The notes below the pieces were generated by a model. It searched no databases. It worked only from the letters and a program-made list of their open reading frames with translations, and was not told where the DNA came from. Source: Takakia lepidozioides (lineage: Eukaryota > Plantae > Bryophyta). Taken from it: a stretch of 64,000 bases of DNA. Positions 1 through 14,000 of this stretch are shown piece after piece (within the stretch, counting starts at the first letter, position 1; each line of letters opens with the position of its first letter). Both the position numbers and the translations under genes were made by a program. Location: assembly GCA_030704615.1 (NCBI GenBank), contig CM060732.1, forward strand, positions 74,586,001 through 74,650,000, given 5' to 3'.

Positions 1-553
1 TGGCTCCACAAGGGGTGGTGGTAGCTTAGTGGGACTTAGTGGGGGTGGCATAGGACTCACCATGGGGGCGGAGACCTCGTGGTGGAAGTCGTGGGGAGTC
101 TTGGGACTCATCACGGTCCATAGGGGCCGTGGTGAGTGGGCCAAGACTCACCGCGACTCATCACCGGGAGTCGAGGGTTTTCGTGGTGGTTCGCCATAAA
201 ATGGCATGGCTAGTTGTGAAACCCCCGCGGACAGCTACAGAAGTATATATAAGGGGAGTAGTGACCCCGAGAACGGTGCAAGCCCGTTGGTGACCAAAAA
301 CTAGTGAGTAAGCGAGCGAGCCGGAAAGCGACCAAAGAGTGGGGAGCTGTTCCGGACTGCCATCTACCAAAGGGAATTCCACTAGGCCCAAATAGGTGGA
401 GGGTTTAGTGGGAAGCGAAGGGGGGGACCGTTATGTCCCGGTGAGCAGCCGAAGCTCCAAGTTGGCGCGGCGGCCAGGTTGGGAGTCAGGCGCGCGCATC
501 AAAGCGAGTAACTATGACTTGAAGGGGAGCTTACCGAAGTGAGGTGCGCGACA
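1..553 (+). mobile_element. LTR of Ty3/gypsy family B (3' or solo LTR, cut by window edge)
   Basis: Highly similar to the LTRs at 57840-58565 and 10434-11016(-). Ends ...GTGCGCGACA at 553 with no PBS after it, and sits inside the gag region of gypsy A. Confidence 0.9.
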
Positions 554-3500
554 CAGCGAGCACCCTTCCCGGATCAGTATACCACTGAACCACCCAACCC
601 TCTACCACAACAGCATAGCATGTATTTTGCTACTCCCACGCAGATAGCGCAACGGCCTAGAACAGATAAGGCAGGCCCATCATATTCTGGGGGCAATGCA
701 GCTATGGGACAGAATTCCCGAGCAACCTATTCAAATCCTGCGGCTCAGATTGCCCAGGGTTCTTCTAATATGTGGTCTCCCCCTCAGGATGTAAGGGTGC
801 AGGGAGGGCAGCAGGCATCCACTTCAGCGCCATCCCAGCAGCAGGCCAGTATGCATCCCGGTCAATCGTCCCGTCAATAGGAGACGCAGCACCAAGTCAA
901 TTGGATTTCCAGTGAGCTCGACGCCACTCAAACTACGCAGGCTAAACCAGAGGAAGGTAGCTATGCAGTAACGACCCAACAACAACGAGATACGCTAGGG
1001 AAAGGCCATGGGTATGTGGCGTCGGAGTCAGCCACATCGGCATCAGAACAAGAAGATCTGAACTTTAAAGTCATGAAGTCAGACGCACAGAAGGTGGCGG
1101 AAACTGTACTCAGGGAGGAAGAGGATACCCATCCCAAGGAGAAGCAGGTAGCATTTGCAGAGACCGAATCTTCGGCAGTCCGGCCAACCATTTCTCGGCC
1201 ACTTTTGACATCCAGAACAAAGAGACCGGCCAATCGACCAATAGCACCAGCGAAGCTTCCCAAAAGGAGAACACAATCCACTATGCGCTTCACCGATGAG
1301 TTGGAGCCGTATAATCTAATGGAAGACTTGCGCCACATTCAACATTACATTTGCCCAACTCATAGCACTGGCACCAACAGTTCGACATGCTCTCAAGGCA
1401 TCTTTGGTGAGGAAGCGAGTAGGTACTTTTGCTCAGACCCACCACATTAACGCCCATGTCGATCCGGGCCCAGTAGAAATAGAAGTGGAGATTGCAGACC
1501 GTCTGATACGACGTTGTTTAGTGGATGATGGGAGCTCAGTCAACATCATGCCACTCTCCACCTTGTCAAAGTTAGGATTGAACATGACAGGGGAGTCTCC
1601 ATTAACTATCAAGCTGGCTGACCAACGAAAGATCAGACCAGTGGGTCACTCAGCGAATGTTCAACTAAAGACCGGAGGCTACACGTACGCGGTAGACATC
1701 CAAATCATAGATTTCCCCATTGATGAGTATTCCTACGCACTCCTACTAGGAAGGCCATGGTTGGTCCAATCCCGAGCTCGAACGGGCTGGGGGGCAGGTA
1801 CCATCACTTATGGGATAAAACCTTATACGACTACAGTCGCTTTTCTTTCGGGAGCACCTCACCACGAAAACAGATGAGGATGAGCTCAGCATGATTGGTT
1901 CTGAAGAGGAATCTGCGGACTTGAGTGAGGAGGACTGGTGGACAGATAGAGAGATCCATCCAATGTCACATACCCACCAAGTATTAGCAACCAGCACCGC
2001 GCCTCGCAGGGAGGTTAAGCGAAGGAAGGTAGGACTAGAGGACGCCGTCAAGTCCCTAGGTCCGGGGGTATATGAATGCGAGTCTAATGCAAACTGATTT
2101 GCCTGGTTATTCGGGGAAAACCAAGGCAAGGAGGTGATGGTACACTCGGTATCAACTGAGGCACTTCCAGAGTTCAAGTCACTAACCGAGCTCTTCTCGA
2201 TATCCGGGCCGAACAAGTTGGTCTGCAGGAACCGGAGATTCCTTAGGAGAAGAACGGCGAGAGCATTGAAATGAGAATTGTAGAGGAGGCCGACCTAGAA
2301 AGGGATGTGATGAAACATAGTGCCCCCTACATTCCATATTTACAACAAGGGTCAAACGGATCAAGGTTTGAACCAGGATCAACCTTCACAGCCGAGCCAA
2401 CAACACAATTGGTCGATATGGCGGTGGGAGGAGGGCCGAGAGGATCTCAATTGCAGAGGTCACTTCCTTCATTCTCAGGCCAACAACAGTCGGGTGGCAG
2501 GGAAGGAACTCTACTCTTTCATGGATGGATTCTCGGGCTACAATCAAGTGTTGATCGACCCGAAAGATGTGCTGAAGACCACATTCACCTCACCCTGGGG
2601 AACATTTGCCTACACAAGGATGCCCTTTGGCTTGTGCAATGCACTCCTGACATTTCAGAGGGTCATGACGTATGCTTTCTCGGACATTGTGAGAAAGAAT
2701 CTAGTCATTTTCTTAGATGACTTTTGCTGCAACGGGGATGCAAAGGATCACGTTGTGGCACTACAAGAATGCTTCATCAAGATATCGGATGATCATGGCC
2801 ATCAGCGTCTGGTTAGCAAAGGGCACATCCTACTGCCACCGCTGAAGCATCAACATAAACATGAAAATGCGTGTTCCAATCCGGAGCTGCCAAGACTGGT
2901 GCAGACACCAACCGTTCCTTGAGCATTTCAAAAGACTCCTGACACCCTGCATCCCAGGAGAATACCTGGTTCTTTTTCAACAGTTGAGTCAGAGGTAATG
3001 CCTCTGTTGCATACTTGTCCATAAATTTCCTATACCACCCTGTGTGGCCAAAGAATCCTTTCACTTTGGACGACGTCTCTGGTGCGGGAAGTTCGACAAT
3101 GGCGCTTACTTTTGCGGGGTCTGTCGCCACGCCATCTTTGGACACTATATGTCCTAGGAGCAGTCCATGTGTGACTACGAATACGCACTTCATTGGATTG
3201 AGAGATATCCCATTTTCTCTTCAAAGATGCGCACATACATGTGTGAAAATGTGACTCTTGCCAGAGGTACGCTAAAAGGGATAACAGGCTTGGAATGTCG
3301 TTAGTTCCCACTCTCCCCCTTGCTCCGTTTGAGAAGTGGGGAATCGACTACGTAGGGGAAGTGCACCCCGCTTCAAGTCGACAAAATTGCTACATCATTG
3401 TAGCCACCGAGTATCTGACCAAGTGGGCAGAGGCCAAGGTGGTCAAGAGGGCCAACGCCCAGGTAACCGCCTCTTTCATCTACGAAAATATTATTTCCCG

Positions 3501-4177
3501 ATTCGGATGCCCCAAGGAGATAGTGAGTGACAGGGGCTCTCAGTTTATTAACGACGTCATCGAAGAAATGATGGCAGCATTCTCCATTAAGCATCGCAAG
3601 ACTACCCCCTATCACCCTCAGACAAGTGGTCAAGTAGAGCGCGCCAATCAGACCTTGTGCAACATCCTCTCCAAAACAATTAGGGAGCACAAGCGGGACT
3701 GGGACACCAAGTTGATCTCAGATTTGTGGGCGTTTCGCACTACACATAAAATAACCGCTCGACACACCCCCTTTTCATTGGTTTATGGGGTGGAGTCCAT
3801 TATGCCCATTGAAACAGAGATTCCCTCATTGCGACTGGCCATCACCGAGAGATTGGCGACATCCGAGTCCCCGAAAGAACGACTCGAGATGCTGGAGGGG
3901 TTAGACAAGCTTCGGCACGCAACAGCTCAACACATTGAGGCCGTCCAGCGAAGGAGGAAGGCTCGGTTTGACCTGAAGCGCAAAAAGAGGATTTTTGATC
4001 CAGGAGATTTGGTATTATTGGAACGAGGAATTCAAGGCCAAGTTCGACTCATACTGGATGAGGCCCTATCTTGTCAAAACAGTCTTTGACAACGGCTCAT
4101 TACAATTGGAGACACTGAGGGGAGTGGAGTTCCCCAATCTGGTGAATGGTGTCCAGTGCAAACACTACTACATATGA
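554..4177 (+). mobile_element. Degenerate Ty3/gypsy element A internal region (gag, protease, RT, integrase); non-chromovirus-like
   Basis: Protease LVDDGSSVNIM, RT YSFMDGFSGYNQ...MPFGLCNA...FLDD, integrase WGIDYVG...SDRGSQF...YHPQTSGQVER. Frameshifts and deletions; about 2782-3222 is inverted. Confidence 0.9.
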
Positions 4178-4294
4178 GTTCCTTTAACCAATGAATTTTT
4201 CCCCCATTAAGGGAAAGGTGCTAAGGGAGATCTTAGTGGCCTTTGCCCTGTCGGGAGAGATCTTTAGGATTTCTACCCATTTTTCGGAAGGAAA

Positions 4295-5072
4295 TGTTGG
4301 TATTTCCTATCCATGATTCATTGGATATTGGAGCTCCATAACAGGTGGAGTGCGGGGAACCTAAGTTGCAATCATCCAATGTTTTGTTAATGGGTTTTCT
4401 ACATATTTAATCGTAATTGCCTTCCAAGTCTTTGTTTATTACTACTTCCTACATGCCTGGACTCCCAACACGCTTATAGCCGGGACGAACCTTCAAATCC
4501 CTTCACAAAACGAATCTCGAGCCCAGGGAGATGGGGATCATCTATCTCCCGCCCAATGGCCCCCCCCTAAATCCCGAGGTGGATGAGTGTCCTACCTCCT
4601 AGGAAGGGACCGGATCCACTTTCCCAAGTCGGTCTCTCCTGCTTAGAGCGATCCCAAAATGCAACCTCAATGGTTAGTCCATCGGGTGAATGATAACAAC
4701 TCAACCTCTAGGTAATTCCCGAGGTCTAATAACAATGGCCATTCCTTGGCCCCCCCCCCCAAGCGGCCAGGTACTTGTCTTCAAATATCCTTGGCGGAAG
4801 GGGACGATACCGCCCTTAAAACTTGCGTTTCGAAGTTAAGGGGGTCCGGATAATATCCCTTAATAAAGGCGAATTACCCTGCTAAATAATAAAGACAAAT
4901 CATTAAAATATTCCTACAAATGCATGAAATTCGTAGAAATAGAGAATGATCGTAGGTTGCTCGAGCTAACTAAATTACCCTCAAGGTACCAGGGGAACAC
5001 CCTGGGAACGCTTCTTTATGCCGGGAGCGTGGGGAACTGCTCTCCTCTTGGGAGTGCCCCTAAATTACTACA
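4295..5072 (+). mobile_element. Candidate 3' LTR of gypsy A
   Basis: Follows the purine run CGGAAGGAAA (PPT-like); starts TGTTGGTATT and ends AATTACTACA (imperfect terminal inverted repeat). No second copy in the window to confirm. Confidence 0.45.
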
Positions 5073-5074
5073 CC

Positions 5075-6757
5075 AGAGAGAAGACTCCGGCCGAGGCCGG
5101 CGTAACTAAGAGCCACTTCGCCTTGCGGCTACTGCCCCCTTTCGGGGGTGGGCCCTATGACAAAAAGTGTCCAGGGGGACACCAGGTGACCGCTAAGAAT
5201 AGAAGGGGTGAGGGTACCTCTGGGTACCCAGGGGTATCCTGGGGGACCTAAGGTGCGTTTGAAGTGCCGGATTTCAGTTGGTGTTTGTTGGTGATAATAG
5301 CTGTGAGTGAACGGAGTGTCGTGAGATGGATTTCTTTGAAACATTTGTGGATGGGAAGAATGGGAATTTGGAAGTTATCGTGTATGTCCGTGATACTAGC
5401 ATTATGAATGCCACCTCGAGTGCCGGCTGTGATGACAGTTAACGGGCCGGTTTTCCAGCCACGCCTTCGGAGTGCAAGGATAAGCGGGGCATATTTTTGC
5501 CGTTTTTCTAAGATTGAATCATTTGGATAACGATCATGGCAAAATGTGAATTCAATGAAATGGATGGTGAGTTGTGGGGGAGGTGAGGTGGGGGGGTAAA
5601 ATGTTGATAGGTAGACCTTGGACGAGGAGTATGTCCAGACAAAGTCGAGCGGGGCATGAGCATGGTGTTTGGGTACATATGCATGGTAGTAGCCACGGTG
5701 GTACTGTGTGGTCGGGTGGCCATCCCTGGTAGGTGCCTGCATTCATGAGCGAGAACCAACGGGTTTCAGCACGTTTTAGAAAGAGTTTGTGGAGGTGCCA
5801 GACTGCCTGGTTATGACGCGTGATATGTAAGCCATGTATAACTGGGTGTGTACATTGGCTGATTAGATGTGGCCAAGTGTCACGAGCTTGGTGGGTGGTT
5901 GCACATAACGGGCAGTATGGGGATGGGAACAGATGTGGCCAGAAGATGTGTTTGCGCTGGTGGCCCATGTATTGGGCATATCGGAATTTGAGTGTTTGTC
6001 GGATTTGTGCGTCGGTGGTGGCTTTGGTTAGCCAGAAATGATTGGAGAGTTTATGGTGCAGTACATTGGATTTAGTCCATTTTTGGATGTGTACTTTGGT
6101 ATGGCTCATGGAGGCTGCCGCTTGTTTATTTGCTTCTCTGGTCAGAGTGGTCAGGAGGTTTCAGACTGGTCTGGGTGCAGGTGGGTCTGGAACGGGGTAT
6201 ATGATCCAGAAGGGATGGGTGTGGGCGATGTGAATAGGGTCGTTCGAGAGTTCAACTATGGGTTGGGAGGCGCCGAGTTGGGCGAGTAGGTCTGCTTCTT
6301 CATTACCATGGATGCCAGTATGCGAACGGACTTTGAGTATATGGACTGGGTGGCCTAGGGAGATGGCCCTCTGGACAATAGCGGCACTGAGGTTGCGGTC
6401 AGGGTGATGATGATGGGCAGAGGGGTGGGAGATGTGGTTGCGAATGAGGAATAGTGAGGTAAGGCTGTCGGTGAAGATGTAGTGTGGGGGGGGGAAGGTG
6501 TCGAGTAGAGAGAGGGCTTCATAAATGGCCATGAGTTCAGCCCGGAGGATGGTGGCAGGGCCAGGGAGCCTGAAGGCAATGCCTTCACTGGTGCCGGCGT
6601 GATAGATTCCATACCCTGCGTTAGGTTTGGTGAGGGATCCGTCAGTGTAATGTGAATTGGCCAGTGGGTATTTGGGGATAGTGTTTTGTTGATATATTGC
6701 AGGGATTGGGGGTAGAGGTGTTGTTGGCGCGACCTGGGAAGGGCGTGGTGTTGCTTC
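5075..6757 (-). mobile_element. 5'-truncated Dualen/RandI-like RLE non-LTR retrotransposon, copy 2 (RNase H, CCHC, RLE, 3' UTR)
   Basis: RNase H YTDGS...RAEL...TDS...KVRSHTGIHGNEEAD; CPLC-x8-WPH-x4-C; RHN; DILLV...IEFTFC...KRQKY; same 3' terminal structure and (CT)n tail as copy 1. Confidence 0.85.
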
Positions 6758-9700
6758 TTCCAAAGTGCCCTCCAAAATTCATTTGTAAACTTTGGATCGC
6801 GGTCCGAGACAATATCCTTCGGGAGTCCATGATGTTTGAAGACGTGGGCGAAGTAAAGTCGCCCCGTGCGCCGTTGCCATCTCCTTGGTGGGGATGAAAT
6901 GACCCATTTTACTGAACCTATCCACCACCACCATGATTGCATCGAATTCTTTTGACAGCGGCATAGCAGTCATAAAATCCATCGAGACACTTTCCCAAGA
7001 CCCCTCTGGAATCAGCAAGGGTTGTAACAGCCCCGTTTGTACTCGCTCTGGTTAAATTTGTTGGCATGTGGTGCATGTCTTGACATACTCCTCGGCCTCC
7101 TCCCTCAGTTTGGGCCAGAAATACTCTTTCTTCAAGAGTGCCGTGGTGTGCTTGGCTCCACCGTGGCCCGCAAGCGGGCCATCATGACATTCCTTCAAGA
7201 GACTATCACCGATCCCTCCCTTCGGCACATTGAGGCATTTTTGCTTGTACCGGAGCAGTCCATTTTGCAAGTGGAACTGCAATTTAACCCCCATCCTCAA
7301 GTCTGGCATCACGGACTTCGCCATCTCATCCTTCCGGTAAGCCTTCCAGATCTTTCTTTGGAGCGCCGTCTCGCCCCTGTACACCAACATGAGCTGCTGG
7401 CATTGGCCACCACATTGTCCCATCCCGGTTTGTACTGGATATCCACGTCGAACACCGCCAAAGTGTCTTGCCACCTAAGTTGTTTTGGGGACAACTTAGG
7501 TTGCGTGGCAAAATACTTCACCGTGACATTGTCCGTGAACACCTTCACCGGGTTGGAACCAACATAGTGGTGCCAAAGCTCAAGGCAATGCACCACCGCC
7601 TTAATTTCTTACTCGTGCGTAGACCACCATCGCTCCACTTCATTCAGTTTCTTACTTTTGTAAGCCACTGAACGTCCATCCTGCATGAGCCCACCCCCAA
7701 TTGCGAAGTCCGACGTATCTGTATGAATCTCAAATGGACGATCGAACTCCGGGATTTTTAGGACTGGAGCTTCCACCATCTGCTGCTTCAACTTGGCAAA
7801 AGCTTGGCCACAAAAAGTATTCCATACCCATACCTTGGACTTACACAGAAGGTCCGATAGCGGCCCCGCAATCTTGGCGAAATTTCTCATATACTTTCGG
7901 TAATAGGAGGCGAGTCCTAGGAAGGATCGCATTCCCGGGACCGAAGTCGGAGGCTCCTAGTCCAAGATCGCTCTCACCTTTTTGTCATCCATTTTGATCC
8001 CATCTTGTGTAATCACATGCCCTAGGAACTCTTATTTTGTGACCCCGAATTCGCACTTTGAAGCTTTGGCATACAACTTTCCTTTCCACAATTTCTGGAA
8101 CACCCTTTTTAGGTGCTCCAGGTGCTCTTCCTTTGTTTTCGAGTACACCAAGATGTCGTCGATGTACACGATCACAAAGTCATCCAACCACTCCTGGAAA
8201 AGGCTGTTCATTAGCGTGCTAAAGGTCACGGGTGCGTTGGTGAGCCCAAATATGAACCATATCTTGTCCTGCACGCGGTCTTCTCCTCATCTCCTTCCGC
8301 CAGTCGGATTTGATGGTAGCCGGAGCGCAAATCGATCCGGCTGAAATACTTCTCTCCTGCCAATCGATCGAAGAGGTCGTCGATCCTTGGCAAAGGGTAC
8401 CGGTTTTTGATAGTCACCTTATTTAGAGCCCTATAATCGACACACATCCGCAGCATCCCATCCTTCTTGTCTGCGAATAGCACCGGGGCTCCGTAGGGTG
8501 ACTTACTCGGCCGGATGTACCCCTTTGACATTAAATCCTTGAGCTGAGCCTTCAGCTCGACCAACTCTCTGTGGCTCAACCGGTAGGGCGCCTTGGTAGG
8601 CGGCTCCGATCCCGGTATCACCTCAATCTTGTGGTCAACTCCTCTACGCGGTGGCAAACCGCTTGGTAATTCCTCCGGCATCACATCCTGGTATTTCTCC
8701 AAAATCCCCTTGATCCAATCTGGGCTCGGCTCCCTATCGCCTTCTCCCTTCACTTGTCTTACGTAAAGCAAAAACTGGGGCTCGTGTGGCTCCTCCACAG
8801 CCCACTCCTTTGTTGACAGCAGGTTTATTCGCCCTCCCACTGGTTTGGGCGTTTCCGACACTCGTAAAACTTCGCCACCATTCCCACACGATAGTGTGAC
8901 TATTCTCTTGCGGCCATCTATGACCGCTCCGGATTTGCTCAAAAAGGTCATCCCTAAAATGAGATCCACGCCATCGATCTTGCAGATGGTGAAGTTCTCA
9001 CGTCCCTGGCTGAACGCACTTCAATAGAGGCCCCCACATCACTTGTTGGGAGCCCCAACTTTCATGCCGTTGCCGGTGTCATGAAGGAGTGCGACGCTCC
9101 TATGTCCACCAATAACGACACGTTAGTTCCGGAAATTATCCCATTCACGAACATTAACTGACTTCTTTTACGCAAGGCGCCAGTTTCCTGATACAACTCA
9201 CAGGAGTAGTTGCATACCTTGCAAGTCTTGGCGACCACCGCCTCCACCAAGCGGCTGATGGAATCTTCGGACAGCTCCGTGGCCGCCCGAGTCATGTTCA
9301 ATTTTCGGGGTTTCGTGTACTTCTTGGCCATGTGCCTGGGCTCCCCGCAATTAAAGCATACTCCATCGAATGTCGCCTTATGTCCGCCATAAGCCGCCGC
9401 ACCTAATTTTCTTTTCGGAGCACCAGGTGCCACCTTGACGTGTGAAGGCCCTCCCTTCGATTTCCACGTGCCATTATCACCGTGTGACCTATCCCACTTC
9501 TTTTCCGGTCGGAAGGAGTCACCCTCCCGGCGGGTCTTCTTGTGGTTCAGCTCTGTACGACCTTGTCTTTCGCCCCTAGGGACATCCGAGAAACATTCAG
9601 CCTTTTCAATTGCCTCGTTCAAAATCTTAGGTGGCTTCTCCTCCAACTTCCGTCTGGCCCATGGGGCCAGTCCCGCCACAAAGTTGAAGACCATTTTTGG

Positions 9701-11016
9701 TTCCGCCATATCCGCGACTTCAAGCAACAACACATTGAAAGCCTAAACATATCCCTGAATGTCATCCGTTTGCTTCAAATTCCTCATCTTGTCCCGGGCG
9801 AGCCAGGACGCGTTGAGGGGAACAAATTGTCTTTTCATAAGTTCCTTGAACCCACTCCAGTTCAAGGTTTCCGGGTTTGGACCTTGGTCGTGAAGGCGTT
9901 TCTGCCACCATTGTTGGGCATAGCCCCTCAAATAGGTGGGAGCCACTTCCACCCGATCCTCGTCACTCAACTTGGCCGCCCGGAAGTACTGCTCTAGCTC
10001 CAAGAGCCAGGTGTTGAGTGCCTTCCAATTTTGGACGCCCTCGAAGGTGCCGGGTTCCTTAGGCTTCACCTTAAACTTCGCCTTAGTGGAAGTGGCATTA
10101 GCCACCTTCAACACGTCTTTCAACGTCCCGCCAAACTGCGCCAACAACCCTTCTCAAAAAGCTGTTGGCATGGGAGACATCTGTTGGTATGGCGGAGCCT
10201 CCGGGAGGTCCTCGGGCTCCGACTCCCCAGATTCCTCCCGTTCTTGAGCGGCCTCCCTTTCAAAAGCATGAATCGCCTCCTCAAATTGCCGCTTCGGTGA
10301 CACATCGCCCCTATCGGGCTCACCAGGATCATCATCTTTCGGGCCGTTCCGCTTTCGCTTTGGCTTGCCTGACCCCATGATGAGACCGATCTCAAGGACG
10401 ATTGCGTACTCAACTCTAAGCTCTGATACCAAGTGTCGCGCACTTCCCCCTTTGCTCCTCCACAAGACCCTCTCTCAATTTGGGCCTAGTGGAAAATTTC
10501 CTTTGGTTGTTGGCAGTCCGGAACAGCTCCCCACACCTTGGGCGCTTTCCGGCTCGCACGCTTACTCTCTAGTTTTTGGTCACCAACGGGCTTGCACCGT
10601 TCTCAGGGTTACTACTCCCTATATATACTTCTGTGACTGTCCGCAGGGGTTTCACAAACAACCCAGTCATTTTATGGCGAACCACCACGAAAACCCTCGA
10701 TTCCCGGTGATGAGTCGCGGTGAGTCTTGGCCCACCCACCACGGCCCCATTGGACCGTGATGAGTCCCAAGACTCCCCACGACTCCCACCACAAGGTCTT
10801 CGCCCCATGGTGAGTCCTATGCCACCCCCACTAAGACCCACTAAGCTACCACCACCCCTCGTGGAACCACCCCCTAGTGAGCGCCTCCGCCTCCTTGAGT
10901 GCTTTGGGCACTCAAAGGTGCTTCGGCCCCCGTACCTATTGTTGCCACTGCCCCCACCACAGGGGCAGCCCCTCTTGTGTCCCGACCCCCTGCCCTCAAG
11001 GCAAAGGGCCGCGACA
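6758..11016 (-). mobile_element. Ty3/gypsy family B element (5' LTR, PBS, gag, PR, RT, RH, partial IN), chromovirus-like, degenerate
   Basis: LTR 11016-10434 (TG...CA); PBS TGGTATCAGAGC 10431-10420; gag knuckle CFNCGEPRH; LVDIGASHSF; CVDYRALN...DLRSGYHQ...YIDD; integrase SMDF...VVVDRFSK...SDRD broken at about 6758. Confidence 0.93.
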
Positions 11017-14000
11017 GTACCACTGAATACTCTGGCTCTTACTATGGCTCCACCCCACCTATTCATATTCTGCGTGGCACTATCCAAGGTGATACCCTAA
11101 ATCCATACCTCTTCATTATCTTTCTAGAACCACTACTGCGTTGGTTAGCTTGCGGCAATCTAGGATACCGCTACAAAACCTCACCCAATGAAATAACAGC
11201 TGCCGCCTATGCTGACGACTTAGCCATCCTTGCTCACAAACCCCAGCACCTAAACCGCCAAGTTGATAAACTATCCCGTTTTAACCAATGGTCCGGCATG
11301 GACTCTCAGTCTCCACAAATGCGCAGTCACAGCAGCCACCCATCACAGCAAATTCACCCGAGCCGTGATGGACTCTCAATGTAAACTGAATATCCATTAC
11401 CAGAATAGCCCCTTCCATGTCTTAGGCCCCGATGAACCTTACACATACCTGGGCATTCAGCTCGTCCCTTCACTCAAGTGGCACATCCAAAAAGCCACCA
11501 CACTCACCAAACTAGCTAACAAGAGTCTAGCTCTACTTCAATCTCCTATCCCAATTAGACCAAAACTAGCGATCACCCAATTGGTGCTCAAACCACAAGT
11601 CCAGTACGCCTTTCACGCTGCTCCATTCTTTCTCCCTACCATTCTCCCTGGTGTGTGCTTGATAAACATATCATTCTTACCAAACGAATATGTGGGCTTC
11701 CAACTAGCACCCCAAATGCCCTTACCCAACTCCCCGCGGATAGTTATGGTATCGGCTCTAGCCCCTTCATTACTTCTTATGCCCGCACGCTCGGTACCCA
11801 ACTTCTAGAAGCCCTTAACGACCTTGGGCGTCTTGGACTCATCTACCAAGGTATCGTCAGACACCTCGCCTCAAAATTTAATGGCCTCCACTCCCTCCCA
11901 ATCCTTTACCCGCAGTCATGCCGTCACTCCCCAACCGCACGCTCCTTACTCATTCTACGACAAATGCGTATTAGCCTGCAAATGGACCTGCCTGGCTATC
12001 CTAACACGGTGTCTTCACTAGAAGTTGCCTGGACCTCCAGCCCTTTTCTCCCCCAATTTGAAGCAATCCACCCCAGTCAGAAAACACCTATACTCAAGTA
12101 CTTTAAAGCTCGACACATCACTAACCTCACCCAACTCACCACTGCCACCGGTACCAAGTTAATAACCCCCCGTGAATACACTCTGAAATACTCTAGAGCC
12201 ACTACTAAGACCTGCCGATTCCTTCTATACCTTCGTACCTTATTCTGCTACCCCTCCACCTCATGCATCCTAGACTGTGACCTCCCATGCCGTCTCTTCC
12301 CACATAACACACAAGACTTGCTCCCTGAGTTCAGGTCAGCCCCGGCCCCCTCTATTCTCCATAAACTCCGATCCTCTCGCACAACCATACATCAAGAACC
12401 TACTACCCATGACTCTTCCTCCCAGCTTACCCATGATACCACTTCTCTACCACAACTCAGCGGCCACCAACAATCACCACCCTCTCCTACATGGTCTTCC
12501 CCACCGACACACACCCTACCCTCATCCACCCCTACCACACCACACTCCCACAACGCTACCACACCATCCCCTTCCCACACTAATCTCAACAACTCCAACG
12601 CTTTTATCATTGAAGCTATACTAGGGATTAAAACCCAGACTTCCACGGATTCATTTGGTGTGACTTGTATAGACACATACTACCTATGCAAATGGGCGGG
12701 CTTCTCAAGTGAAGACAATACCTGGCAAATTGAGGACGACCTCTTTGGTTCGCATGATGACTGTGACCCTGACCATAACCTGGCCCTTCTTATTGCTTTC
12801 TACAAGCGTACTAATACCAACTACCTCTCACACTTATACCAACAACATGTATCCCAAAAACTCAGACACTCAACATGTCTCTCGTCCGCTCCCCGCCGCC
12901 AACATTCTAGTTGACATCACAGAATGCAACCCCGACAAGGATATCCTTCATGACTCACCCATCATATGCACCGGCCCCCAAAAGTCCGCTATTCACTCTA
13001 ACAATGGTCAATTCCTTGGGCTCGTCCCTAACGACAGGATTGCCTGGTTATAGGCCCGGTACTCTTCCCACTCCTCCAACACTAGTCATTTACACCCACC
13101 TCTCCAAGACTTCGCTACCGAAATAAGTTGGCTCTTGGAGCGCTACCTCCGTGACACCCCCCACAAAAAACCCAGATCCGAAACCAAACTCTCTCAAGCT
13201 ATGTGTTATTTCCCACGATATCCTAACCCTTCTCATTACATCCTTCCAACTCACCCACTCATACTACTCTAGTCCACTCACTTGTCCCATAGACATCCAA
13301 TCATTCGCCAGTCCCAATCCCTGAGACTGCATCTTCGGGGCCTCTGGTTATGCCACCCAACACTCTTGGTCTGGCAGCCCCCCCCCCCGGGACCCCACAC
13401 CCATGAAGCTTTACAATGGGCTCGCTTTGCAACCCACACTTCCCCAACATCACTCACTATCCTTATACTCACTCACCAGCAATCACCTGATAACCCCCAT
13501 CCTTAACTGCAACTACCACCGGGCACCACACTACTAGCATCACTTGAACCAAGCCAGCATATATACTCAAAGAACCCACCCTTCCCTAAATATCTTATGC
13601 ATGAGGAGCCCACCATTACTCTTCTTCTACATATCCAACACGCATCCGCCCCTCCCATCCCACATACCATGCACGCCCACCTCGTCCACACACTCACGCG
13701 TACTCACGGCCTCATGGTCACCACCACCCTACCCGTCGTATCCCTTCCCCCACCTCACAGCTCTCATACCCAGGTATCTCAGTCACTTCCCATAGTCCAG
13801 CTGAGCAAATCCTGGATTAAAGCACCTCCCCGTCCCCTTCCTCTCCCCCCACCGATTCCAGTCACCTCACCGCCATATCATAACCATATGCCCCTCAAAT
13901 ACCCGCCACTTCATTCCCACTATACTGACGGTTCCCACACTCGACCCAACGCCGGAGACGACGTTTACCACGCTGCCTCAAGAATAGGCACATCCGCCCG

